A stretch of 26,708 nucleotides of DNA from a virus, in the IMG/VR virus record IMGVR_UViG_3300013886_000019. One strand, 5' to 3'. Under the pieces are notes generated by a model. That model did no database searches, was not told where the DNA came from, and saw nothing but the letters and a program-made list of their open reading frames with translations. Below are positions 8,816-16,822 of the stretch, one piece after another. Numbering within the stretch: the stretch's first letter is position 1; every line of letters begins with the position of its first letter. Made by a program: the position numbers and the translations under genes.

Positions 8816-9455
8816 GGGGCAAACCCTCTTCGTGACCGAGGTCGGGTCGCGGATGTGGGGCATGGCGACCCCCGAGAGCGACTACGACCATGTCGTCGTG
8901 TATCAAGTCCCGACCCGCCGGATCCTCGAAGGGCACCGGGTCCCGGAGACCCGTCCGACGCGGCAGTACGTGGACGAGGCCGGGCGGGAGATGGATATTT
9001 CCTACTCGGAGATCGGCCATCTCGTCGCCCAACTCATCAAGGGCAATGTCAACAACCTCTGGACCGTCACCTCGCCGGTCGTCGTGGAGCCCTCTCCCGT
9101 GCTCGACGCCCTTGCCTCGCTCGCCCGGAAGACCGTCAGCCGGGCCTCGTACCACTCGATCATGGGGATGGCCCAGAGCCAGTACGCGGACAGCGTCAAG
9201 CGGGCCGCCGTCCGGGACCCGCACAAAAGCCTCGCCACCGCCTACCGGACGGCACGGTTCGGGATCACCCTCTTCGAGACCGGGCGGATCGAGTACCGGC
9301 CGGTGTCGTGGACGGTCGAGGACCGCGAGGTGCAGGCCGCGTTCCGGGACCTGGCTGCGGCACGGGATGCCTCGAACCTCCCCGATGCCCCGGACGAAGC
9401 GGCGTTCCAGAAACTGTTGCTAGACCTCCGGCTCCGGCAGTTGTGGGAGGGATGA
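8808..9455 (+). CDS. DNA polymerase beta-superfamily nucleotidyltransferase (YcgL/RlaP-like)
   Basis: VGSRMWGMATPESDYD (GS..DxD); SYSEIGHLVAQLIKGNVN. Confidence 0.85.
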   Translation: MIEGQTLFVTEVGSRMWGMATPESDYDHVVVYQVPTRRILEGHRVPETRPTRQYVDEAGREMDISYSEIGHLVAQLIKGNVNNLWTVTSPVVVEPSPVLDALASLARKTVSRASYHSIMGMAQSQYADSVKRAAVRDPHKSLATAYRTARFGITLFETGRIEYRPVSWTVEDREVQAAFRDLAAARDASNLPDAPDEAAFQKLLLDLRLRQLWEG

Positions 9456-9814
9456 CCATCCCGGATCGGCAGGCCTTGGTGCTCGCTGCGGTCTTCGGGC
9501 TGCAGGCCGTCCGGTGCTATCTCGTGATGCCGGTGTACCGGCTCGTCAAGGGGGTACTGGACTGGGGGGCCCGGAACTTCTGGTGTCTGGCCTTCGTTCT
9601 CGGCCTCTGGTACTACTCACTTGAGAAGAGCGGGGCGTTCGAGTCCTCGGAGGTGATGATGGCGCAGATGGCCGCCGGGGTCTCGGTCTTCGGCCTCACG
9701 GTGCCGGTATACCGGCTGGTTCTGGGGTTCCTCCTCTTCTTCCTGATCGTCTGGGTATACCGGGTCAACCCAAATTCTACCGGCCAGAGGTCTGGAGGAA
9801 GGCAAAACGGGTAA
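9452..9814 (+). CDS. Membrane protein (about 3 TM)
   Basis: Hydrophobic segments; ATGA overlap with the upstream stop. Confidence 0.65.
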   Translation: MTIPDRQALVLAAVFGLQAVRCYLVMPVYRLVKGVLDWGARNFWCLAFVLGLWYYSLEKSGAFESSEVMMAQMAAGVSVFGLTVPVYRLVLGFLLFFLIVWVYRVNPNSTGQRSGGRQNG

Positions 9815-10004
9815 TGATCATTGCCTGTTCTTTGGGTCTTGCTGAACCTTTTGATTTCGGGCGGGGGAAAGGAAAGTACCTCACCGATCTGAGTTACTCG
9901 GATGTGGTTTCAGGCATTCTCAAAGCACGAACCCGTCTTTGAGGGGCCGCGAGTAGGTATATTGGAGTATCCTTGGCCAAAAAGAGCCTAAAATGAGATG
10001 AAAA

Positions 10005-10274
10005 ATGACCGTAAAAGAGATCGCAAGATTCTACAAGATCCCGGTGGAACGAGCGTTCGGGAACACCGGGGGGTATTATCTTGAGAACATATACCGCGTA
10101 AAGGCAGACGCGACTCGTCGCGCAAAGTCTTTGCGGAAGGAGGGGAAATGGCTCGCCCGGGTGGTGCAGGTCGTGAAACCCCACGGCTCTCTCAAAAACC
10201 TCCCGTACAAGGCTTCTGACTACCACGAGTATGCAGTCTACAGCCGCCCGCAGGCAGGGTGGAACCGCAGATAG
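10005..10274 (+). CDS. Small basic SPOR-like-family paralogue
   Basis: YYLENIYRVKADATRRAKSLRKEGKWLARVV...YAVYSR; A-rich leader. Confidence 0.7.
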   Translation: MTVKEIARFYKIPVERAFGNTGGYYLENIYRVKADATRRAKSLRKEGKWLARVVQVVKPHGSLKNLPYKASDYHEYAVYSRPQAGWNRR

Positions 10275-10286
10275 CGGAGCGAGAAG

Positions 10287-10856
10287 ATGGCAAAGAGCAA
10301 CGACAAGGTCTACCGCAGCATCCGGGGCTCCCATGGGGTCGGGAAAGTGCTCGGGAGGAACAAATGGGTCCACGCCTCCGCGCTGCCCGCCCTCTCCCCT
10401 GCGGAGCGGGCGCTCGTGGGGAAGGCCCTGCGGGCCATCCAGCGCGAGAAGGGGATTGAGATCGACTTCCGCAAGGACGTCATCATCAAGATTAACCCGG
10501 TCGAGAACGGCGGGGCCGTGACGTTCTGCTACAGCCCCGACTGGAAGACCGCCACCGAGCCCGAGTGCGGGCCGATGGTCGGGGTCTCCGGCCTGACTGC
10601 CGGCCCCCTGAAGTTCAGGGTGACCCGGCCCCCCGCCGACCCCTACATCTACCACCACAAGTGGATGTTTGTCGATGACGACTACCGCGGCTTCAATGTC
10701 GCCCAGGCAAAACGGTGGTCCGAGACCTGGGAGAACTCCCCGGTCGTCCGGGCGCTCAATGCCGACAAGGACGAGCACTTCCGGCTCAGGATCGGGAAGC
10801 AGCACTACTGGCAGACCCGGGTGCTCGGCCCCCTCGGCAGAGCCCGGAAGGCGTAG
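10287..10856 (+). CDS. Stand-alone homologue of the repeated domain of DNA phosphorothioation-associated putative methyltransferases
   Basis: GVGK..G..KWVHASAL, VTFCYSPDW..A.EP, DPYIYHHKWMFVDDDYRGF match the recalled VGK..YVH.SAL / Y.P.FD..PHP / NPPILHRKE.FV..DY pattern. Confidence 0.6.
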   Translation: MAKSNDKVYRSIRGSHGVGKVLGRNKWVHASALPALSPAERALVGKALRAIQREKGIEIDFRKDVIIKINPVENGGAVTFCYSPDWKTATEPECGPMVGVSGLTAGPLKFRVTRPPADPYIYHHKWMFVDDDYRGFNVAQAKRWSETWENSPVVRALNADKDEHFRLRIGKQHYWQTRVLGPLGRARKA

Positions 10857-10933
10857 CTCCGAACCCCTCTTTTCTTTGGCCATCACCCCATTGATCGAAG
10901 AATCTCCGAACCCCAAACCGGCAACTATATTAT

Positions 10934-10973
10934 GGATAACCGATAACACTCTGTTACTGACCTGCATGTGCAG
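10934..10973 (+). repeat. 40-bp intergenic element, copy 1 (35/40 identical to 12715-12754)
   Basis: GGATAACCGATAACACTCTGTTACTGACCTGCATGTGCAG, aligned by eye. Confidence 0.85.
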
Positions 10974-10992
10974 GTTACAAGGGTGAATCAGC

Positions 10993-12684
10993 ATGACCGA
11001 TACCACCGATAAAATGCCCCTGAAAAATGCGTTGGCGATGCACATTCGGGCGAAATACCCCCTGATCTGCATCGAGACCCACGAGGAACCCCGGGTCCTC
11101 CAGATCCTCGCGGCGACCGCGGGCCCGGCCGGCCTGAACCGGAGCCTCCTCTACTGGTCCGTGACCCGGGGGCTCCTTGACCTGACGGAGAACCTCGAGG
11201 AGATCGCCTCCGGCGAGATGAAGGTCCTCGATGGGCAGGGGGTCCTCGTCCAGAAGACCCCGGAGGGCCTCTACGAGATCGTCAGGACCGAGCCCGGCCC
11301 CGGCCCCGCCGACCCCTACCAGATCCTCGAGGACATTGAGCGGTACCCGGAGAGCGGGATCTTCGTCCTCGCGGACTACCACCACTATCTCCGCACCGAG
11401 AACCCGGACCCGATCACCGTCCGGAAGGTCCGGGACCTCTTCTCGAACCTCAAAGATACGAAGAAGACCGTCATCCTGATCTGCCCCCGGCTCAGCCTCC
11501 CCGGCGACCTCGAGAAGGAGATCACCTACCTCGACCTCCCGCTCCCGAGCCGGGACGAGCTCGGCGCGATGCTGGATCAGGCCGTCGCGGAGATCCGGGA
11601 GATCGCGGAGGAAGGGGACGAGCGGACCCGGGAAGCCCTGGCGGTCATCGAGCCCCAGCTTGCCGACCGCGACAAGATCGTCGAGGCCGGGGCGGGCCTC
11701 ACCCGGGCCGAGTGGGAGAACGTCATCGCGAAGTGTTTCGTCTCCCGCCGGCTGGAGACCAGCCTCATAAATCAGGAGAAGCGGCAGATCATCAAGAAAG
11801 GGGGTCTGCTGGAGTTCTTCGAGACGCCCGAGAGCATGGCCAGCGTCGGCGGGCTCGCGAACCTGAAAGCCTGGCTCATGAAGGCCAAGCTCAGGTTCAC
11901 CCCGAAGGCCAAGGCGTTCGGCCTCACCCCGCCCCGGGGGATCCTGCTCGTCGGGCCGCCCGGCACCGGGAAGTCCCTCGTCGCGAAGGTCGCGAGCCAC
12001 GAGCTCCAGATCCCCGCCCTCCGGCTCGACATGAGCATGATCGCGAGCAAGTACTACGGGGAGACCTCAAACAACATCAGAAAAGCCCTCGATATGGCCG
12101 ACGCGGTCGCTCCGGTCGAGTTCTGGCTGGACGAGGTGGAAAAGATGTTCGCCTCGGGCCAGGGGGGCAGCGGCGGGCACGAGGAGACCATGCGGTCCCT
12201 CGGCGCGATCCTGACCCACTTCGAGGAATCGACCCAGCCGGTCTTCCGGATCGCGACCTGCAACCAGATCCAGAACCTGCCGCCGGAGTTCATGGCGCGG
12301 TTCGAGAAGGTCTTCTTCGTGGACCTCCCCTCTGCCGCCGAGCGGCAGGAGATCTTCGCGATCCACCTCCGGCAGGTGGGCCGGGACCCGGCGGGGTTCG
12401 ACCTCGCCGCCCTCGCGGCCGCGACCGAGCGGTTCGTCGGCCGGGAGATCCGGAACCTCGTCCAGGAGGCCCTGCAGACCGCCTTCTACGAAGGGGTCGA
12501 GGTCACCACCGACCACCTCCTCGCGGAGGCCGGGAAAGTCACGCCGATCTTCTCTCAGAAGGAGGACGAGATCAACGCCCTCCGCGAGTGGGCGGCAAAG
12601 AACGCGGAACCCGCCTCGGCGGTCGTCGTGGCCGAGCCCGCGAAGGCGAACAAGGGCAAGGGGCGGCGGGGGGTCGAGTTCTAA
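10993..12684 (+). CDS. Ycf46-like AAA+ ATPase (degenerate N-terminal AAA module plus active C-terminal AAA)
   Basis: IRAKYPLICIETHEEPRV; IFVLADYHHYL; VGGLANLKAWL; Walker A GPPGTGKS; Walker B FWLDEVEK; RFEKVFFVDLP. Confidence 0.92.
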   Translation: MTDTTDKMPLKNALAMHIRAKYPLICIETHEEPRVLQILAATAGPAGLNRSLLYWSVTRGLLDLTENLEEIASGEMKVLDGQGVLVQKTPEGLYEIVRTEPGPGPADPYQILEDIERYPESGIFVLADYHHYLRTENPDPITVRKVRDLFSNLKDTKKTVILICPRLSLPGDLEKEITYLDLPLPSRDELGAMLDQAVAEIREIAEEGDERTREALAVIEPQLADRDKIVEAGAGLTRAEWENVIAKCFVSRRLETSLINQEKRQIIKKGGLLEFFETPESMASVGGLANLKAWLMKAKLRFTPKAKAFGLTPPRGILLVGPPGTGKSLVAKVASHELQIPALRLDMSMIASKYYGETSNNIRKALDMADAVAPVEFWLDEVEKMFASGQGGSGGHEETMRSLGAILTHFEESTQPVFRIATCNQIQNLPPEFMARFEKVFFVDLPSAAERQEIFAIHLRQVGRDPAGFDLAALAAATERFVGREIRNLVQEALQTAFYEGVEVTTDHLLAEAGKVTPIFSQKEDEINALREWAAKNAEPASAVVVAEPAKANKGKGRRGVEF

Positions 12685-12714
12685 CCTCCCTGCCTCTTTC
12701 GGAAAGGATAAATA

Positions 12715-12754
12715 GGATGACCGATAATACTCTGTTACACGCCTGCATGTGCAG
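12715..12754 (+). repeat. 40-bp intergenic element, copy 2
   Basis: GGATGACCGATAATACTCTGTTACACGCCTGCATGTGCAG. Confidence 0.85.
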
Positions 12755-12772
12755 AAAAAATGAGGTGTTAAA

Positions 12773-13162
12773 ATGTCGCACATAACTACCATCAAGACCA
12801 AAGTCGTCCTGAAGGACGAGTCCCTCCTCCGGGAGGTCCTGGCCGGGATGCAGCGAACCCTGCGGGGGTTCAGGATCGAAGAGACCACGACCCGGGACGG
12901 CGACCGGCAGATCCTCGTCCGCTACGCTCCCATCGAGATCTACCAGACACGGGGCAACCTCCGGTTCGTCCTGAAGGACGGGGCCTGGCAGATGCAGGGC
13001 GACGGCTACAAGTGCTGGAATGAGTTCAAGGCCGTCACCGACCAGGTTCTCGTCGGCTACCAGCAGGCCGCCCTCCAGCGGGTGCTGATCCGGAACCGCT
13101 ACTCGACCACGGCGCAGGCGGTCTCCCCGTCCTGCGTCACCATGCACGCGAGGAGGTTCTGA
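12773..13162 (+). CDS. DUF1257 (Ycf35-like) protein
   Basis: MSHITTIKTK..LKDESLL..L start; ending VGYQQAALQRVL..NRY; position after a Ycf46-like ATPase. Confidence 0.75.
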   Translation: MSHITTIKTKVVLKDESLLREVLAGMQRTLRGFRIEETTTRDGDRQILVRYAPIEIYQTRGNLRFVLKDGAWQMQGDGYKCWNEFKAVTDQVLVGYQQAALQRVLIRNRYSTTAQAVSPSCVTMHARRF

Positions 13163-13164
13163 CC

Positions 13165-13380
13165 ATGGCCGAAGAGTATGAGATCGAGATCACCCCCCAG
13201 GGCATCAAGCTCGACGCCAGGGGGTTCCAGAACAAGGCCTGCCTGAAAGAACTCGCGGAGATCGAGCGGATGCTCAAGGACCTCGGCATCGAGACCACAC
13301 TTGGAGACCAGAAGCTCAAGCGCGAGGCGATGCTCGCGGACAACACCCCGCAGACTACTCGGCGGGAGGTGCGGCGATGA
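13165..13380 (+). CDS. DUF2997-like protein
   Basis: EYEIEITPQGIKLDARGFQNKACLKEL; usual partner of DUF1257. Confidence 0.75.
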   Translation: MAEEYEIEITPQGIKLDARGFQNKACLKELAEIERMLKDLGIETTLGDQKLKREAMLADNTPQTTRREVRR

Positions 13381-13580
13381 TCCCGATCATCTCCACCCCG
13401 CCGGAGGAGGCCGCCCGCTACCTCGGCACCGGTCTCCCGACCGAGCTGAACGCTCAGGTCGGCCCGGACGCCCTCACCCTCTGGGCCGATTACTCCTACG
13501 ACGAACCCGCCCTTCTCGCGGCGCTCGCGGCGCTCGGCATCGAGGTGGCACAGCCGCCCCAGTTCTCCCCCTGCGGGTGA
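13377..13580 (+). CDS. Small hypothetical protein ending SPCG
   Basis: ATGA-coupled within the module. Confidence 0.6.
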   Translation: MIPIISTPPEEAARYLGTGLPTELNAQVGPDALTLWADYSYDEPALLAALAALGIEVAQPPQFSPCG

Positions 13581-13586
13581 TGCGCG

Positions 13587-14243
13587 ATGGAGAAGATCTA
13601 CATCGTTCAAGTCAGGATGAGCAGCCCGAACCACACCGAGAAGGCGTCCGAAGAGGTCTCCTCGAAGGTTTCGATGATCTTCTACACCTTCGACAAGGAG
13701 ACCCGGCAGAAGATCTCGGCCTGCCGGCAGCGGTACAAGGGCCCGATCTACGCCGAGACGATCGCCTACCCCCCGAAGACGAGCGAATCGACCGGGTTCT
13801 CCCGGCTCTACCTCTGCAACGAGACCCAGCGACAGCGGATCGAGCAGCGGATCGCGGACGCCGACGTGGCGATGAAGGCGATCCACCCGGACCTCCGGGC
13901 GGCGGTGGACTTCCTCCCCCTGGACGCGGCCGAGATCGGGCGGGGGGCGCTCTACCAGCAGATCGCGGACTCGATCAAGTACAAGGTGCTGGATAAAGCG
14001 TTCGAGAAACTGGCGAATGTCGTCCTTGACGAGAACTCCGTCCTGACCCCCCGGACGAAGGCCCGGCTCAGGAAGATGGTCGATCAGCTCGACGCCCTGA
14101 ACATTCTGGAGGACGAGGATGTCGCGGCCAAGATCGCCTCGATCCGGCAGAAGATCGAGGACGAGGCGATCATGCCCCTCAAGGGCGAGCTCGCGGACGA
14201 CCTCAAGACCCTGAAGGGGCGGTTCCATGCGCTCGAGTTCTGA
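13587..14243 (+). CDS. Helical protein, DUF3150-like
   Basis: C-terminal LTPRTKARLRKMVDQLDALNILEDEDVAAKI pattern; context next to the AAA module. Family call is tentative. Confidence 0.5.
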   Translation: MEKIYIVQVRMSSPNHTEKASEEVSSKVSMIFYTFDKETRQKISACRQRYKGPIYAETIAYPPKTSESTGFSRLYLCNETQRQRIEQRIADADVAMKAIHPDLRAAVDFLPLDAAEIGRGALYQQIADSIKYKVLDKAFEKLANVVLDENSVLTPRTKARLRKMVDQLDALNILEDEDVAAKIASIRQKIEDEAIMPLKGELADDLKTLKGRFHALEF

Positions 14244-14279
14244 GGGGCGGGGCTACCCTCCGCTCGCCTGGGGGGCCCG

Positions 14280-14624
14280 ATGACGATTTGTGGTTGCTGG
14301 GAGCATTATCACCCTCCCCCACAGGTCTATGATCTCGCGACGGATCTCCAGATGATCCGGCACGAGGTCGAGGAGATCCTGCGAACCCAGCAGGCCATCA
14401 GTTCCCGACTGGACCGGCTCGCCGCGGTAACCCCCGGGGTACGAGAACTCCGGGCCGGGGTGCAGCCCTCGGTCCCCCGCACTCATGAGAGCCGGTTTCG
14501 GGTGCTGGAGTTCCCGGCGGAGGAAGAGACGGTCGCCCCGCCCGCACCGAAGAAGAGATCGCAGAGCCGATTCAAAAACCTCGAACTCCAACCCATTACA
14601 AAACCTGAAAAATGGAGTGACTAA
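14280..14624 (+). CDS. Hypothetical coiled-coil protein with two RFxxLE[FL] motifs
   Basis: SRFRVLEF and SRFKNLEL. Confidence 0.6.
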   Translation: MTICGCWEHYHPPPQVYDLATDLQMIRHEVEEILRTQQAISSRLDRLAAVTPGVRELRAGVQPSVPRTHESRFRVLEFPAEEETVAPPAPKKRSQSRFKNLELQPITKPEKWSD

Positions 14625-14625
14625 A

Positions 14626-14949
14626 ATGCGTACCCTCTACTATCCCGCACAGCAGGGCCGGCAGGCCGACCTCTGCCGCACCCTCGCCGCCAGCATCCTG
14701 AACCTCATCCGGGCCCCGGAGACCGCCGAGCAGTACAAGCTCGGCTTCACCGCCGCGAACCTCCGCGCCGAAGGCGTCGAGATCCCCGCCGGGGCCATGA
14801 CTCTCCTCGAGGTCCGGGGCTGGATCGCCCGGTCCCCCGAATGGTCGAAGGCGAAACCCCGGGCGGCGATCTGGATGCTGACCCCGGAAGCCGTCCGGTT
14901 CCTGGACGACCACGGGCTCGCTACCTCTTCCGGGGGTGCGACGGCATGA
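14626..14949 (+). CDS. Small wHTH-like protein
   Basis: FTAANL..EGVEIPAGAMTLLEVRGWI..SP....AIWMLT; leader AAAAATGGAGTGACTAAAATG. Confidence 0.6.
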   Translation: MRTLYYPAQQGRQADLCRTLAASILNLIRAPETAEQYKLGFTAANLRAEGVEIPAGAMTLLEVRGWIARSPEWSKAKPRAAIWMLTPEAVRFLDDHGLATSSGGATA

Positions 14950-15188
14950 GCGGCGCAAGCGTCATCACCGACAAGACCGTGGATGCCGTGCTCGACGCCC
15001 TCGAGAAGAAAGGCTACGAGCAGACGGACCTCACAAAGCCCCGGCCGGAGGAGGCCGTGATCACCCTCCACTACCGGCATTATCGGATCCGGTTCACCGT
15101 CCGGGTCGCGGACGAGGCCGACCCCGAACCTGAGGAGGAGCACCGCTGCACCTGCCCGACCTGCACCTGCCAGCACGGGGGGGCCTGA
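14946..15188 (+). CDS. Hypothetical protein with C-terminal HxCxCxxCxC cluster
   Basis: ATGA-coupled; HRCTCPTCTCQH. Confidence 0.6.
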   Translation: MSGASVITDKTVDAVLDALEKKGYEQTDLTKPRPEEAVITLHYRHYRIRFTVRVADEADPEPEEEHRCTCPTCTCQHGGA

Positions 15189-15189
15189 G

Positions 15190-15570
15190 ATGCCGCCGAC
15201 CGTCGAAGAGGCCTGGTCCGCGGTAGTCAAGACCCAGCCGGGGGAACCCCGGCCCCGGGTTGTCACCGTCAGCAAGGACGCCGGGAGCCTCCACCAGTAT
15301 GTCACCGACCTCGCCGCCGCCAACCCCCGGGCCACCTACCGGGTCGTCCCGGTCCTGGTCGTCGGGATGGAGGGGGTCCAGCCGGGGGACGAAGTCCGGG
15401 TCGTGACCCCCCAGGGGAAGCAGGCCTCGACCGGCCATGTCCTTGACCTCCGGGACGGCCTCGCGAAGGTCCGGTACGGGACCGCCGGCGGCACCGCTGA
15501 GGTCCCGGTCGAGCGCCTGGAAGTGGTGTCGCGCTGGGTGCGGTTCCCCCGGGCCGGGGAGGCGAGATAG
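15190..15570 (+). CDS. Hypothetical protein with SH3/KOW-like C-terminal barrel
   Basis: VQPGDEVRV..GHVLDLRDGLAKVRY..EVPVERLEVV. Confidence 0.6.
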   Translation: MPPTVEEAWSAVVKTQPGEPRPRVVTVSKDAGSLHQYVTDLAAANPRATYRVVPVLVVGMEGVQPGDEVRVVTPQGKQASTGHVLDLRDGLAKVRYGTAGGTAEVPVERLEVVSRWVRFPRAGEAR

Positions 15571-15574
15571 CCCC

Positions 15575-15756
15575 ATGCCCCCCTGCCCGAAAAGGAGTTC
15601 TGCATCATGTGTGGGAAGGACGTATCCCGGTCCTCGTAATCGACATGCCGGGGCGAGAAAAAGTACCGCCCGTACTGCAAGAAATGTGCCGTGGCGATGT
15701 TCCCGAGCTTTGCAGAGGTCTTCCCAATAGCATTTTGGTCTAAGAGAAAACCCTGA
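15575..15756 (+). pseudogene. Disrupted zinc-finger gene (CIMC...CKKC)
   Basis: One frame reads LPEKEFCIMCGKDVSRSS*STCRGEKKYRPYCKKCAVAMFP with an in-frame TAA at 15637-15639; ATG 15575 is out of frame by one C in a C6 run. Confidence 0.55.
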
Positions 15757-15788
15757 GTACTCCCCCAGCCCCCTAACTTTTTCTCCCC

Positions 15789-15800
15789 AAACCTTTATAA
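15789..15800 (+). promoter_or_regulatory. Putative archaeal BRE/TATA (AAACCTTTATAA)
   Basis: TTTATAA in an AT-rich intergenic gap ~70 bp upstream of 15867. Confidence 0.45.
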
Positions 15801-15866
15801 TCCCTCACGAAACATCTATAAATTGCTATTGATGTCAAGGGGATCAGTTAAAATGTGGTGGTAAAA

Positions 15867-16151
15867 ATGCGATTAGTACCAGCAGCGATCTGTCGGGCTG
15901 ACGGCGAAACCATGGCCCGGCGCTACAACGGGCGGCTCTACGTCGCTCAAGGAGCCTATTCTGAGAAGGAGGAGGCGGAAGCGTATGCCAGCACCTGCCG
16001 GGGCGAGGGCAGTCTCGCCCGGGTGACCCAGGAGCGGAAACCCCGCCGGATGCGGACCTCCAAGCGGTACATGTGGGTGGTCTGGGCGTGCCCGGCCGAT
16101 ACCGGCACTGATGCTCTGGCCGAGGAGGAGGTCGAGGTCGCATGTCCGTAG
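15867..16151 (+). CDS. Small SPOR-like-family paralogue (alternative start 15912)
   Basis: YNGRLY..GAYSEKEEAEAYASTCRGEGSLARV..WVVW; leader AAAATGTGGTGGTAAAAATG. Confidence 0.65.
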   Translation: MRLVPAAICRADGETMARRYNGRLYVAQGAYSEKEEAEAYASTCRGEGSLARVTQERKPRRMRTSKRYMWVVWACPADTGTDALAEEEVEVACP

Positions 16152-16399
16152 CCCGGCAGGTCACGATCCACGTCGCCCTGAACCCCGACCAGAATCGGAA
16201 GCTGATCCGGGGCAAGGTCTTCGAGCGGTATGGAACCTATCCCAACTTGGACGACGCGATCCAGATCGCGAACTGGCTCCGGAGCAAGGAGGGCCGGATC
16301 CACCCCGACCACTGGACGATCTCCGAGGTCGTGGACTGCGGGGCCCGGCCCGGCCGGGACCGCTACGCGGTCTTTGTGCGGAAAGGCCGGGTCCTCTGA
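16142..16399 (+). CDS. Small SPOR-like-family paralogue
   Basis: IRGKVFERYGTYPNLDDAIQIANWLRSKEG...YAVFVR. Confidence 0.65.
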   Translation: MSVARQVTIHVALNPDQNRKLIRGKVFERYGTYPNLDDAIQIANWLRSKEGRIHPDHWTISEVVDCGARPGRDRYAVFVRKGRVL

Positions 16400-16822
16400 G
16401 CCCGGATCTCCTGCCGCAGGCGCCCTCTCCCGGGGGGCATCTCCCCTCTCTTCTCCGGCACAATTCTCTCCCGGCACCCCCCGCTCAAAACGCGATAGCG
16501 TGGCTCTGGTGCGATCCTGCGATCTGAGGATGTGCGGTATGGCCCGCCGGGAGCCTCGCTCAAACTGAAGCCTCGTTCCGCTCAAACGAAGGGCGGATCG
16601 GGCTTCGTTACCCGTATAGCAACATATGGTTTATGAGTGAATCCGTGACCGCAGGGGGGCGGGATCGCCCGGATCTCGCCAGGTCGCCAGGGGTTCGGGA
16701 ACCCGCCCCCGATCTCCTGTTTCCTGCCGATTTTCTGCACATGCAACTTTCTCGTTGCCCGGTTGGAAACCTTCATGTGGGATCGCCACCCATCCCCTCC
16801 GTACCCACACGGAGTGTTTAAA

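Noticed and set aside
10287-10856. A phosphorothioation (dnd/ssp) system or an active methyltransferase
   Set aside because: No DndA-E/Ssp genes and no SAM-binding motif in this ORF
15568-15639. TAG readthrough (pyrrolysine) fusing the SH3-like gene to the in-frame zinc-finger remnant
   Set aside because: A TAA follows 22 codons later, and Pyl machinery is not expected in Methanomicrobiales; a decayed separate gene is simpler
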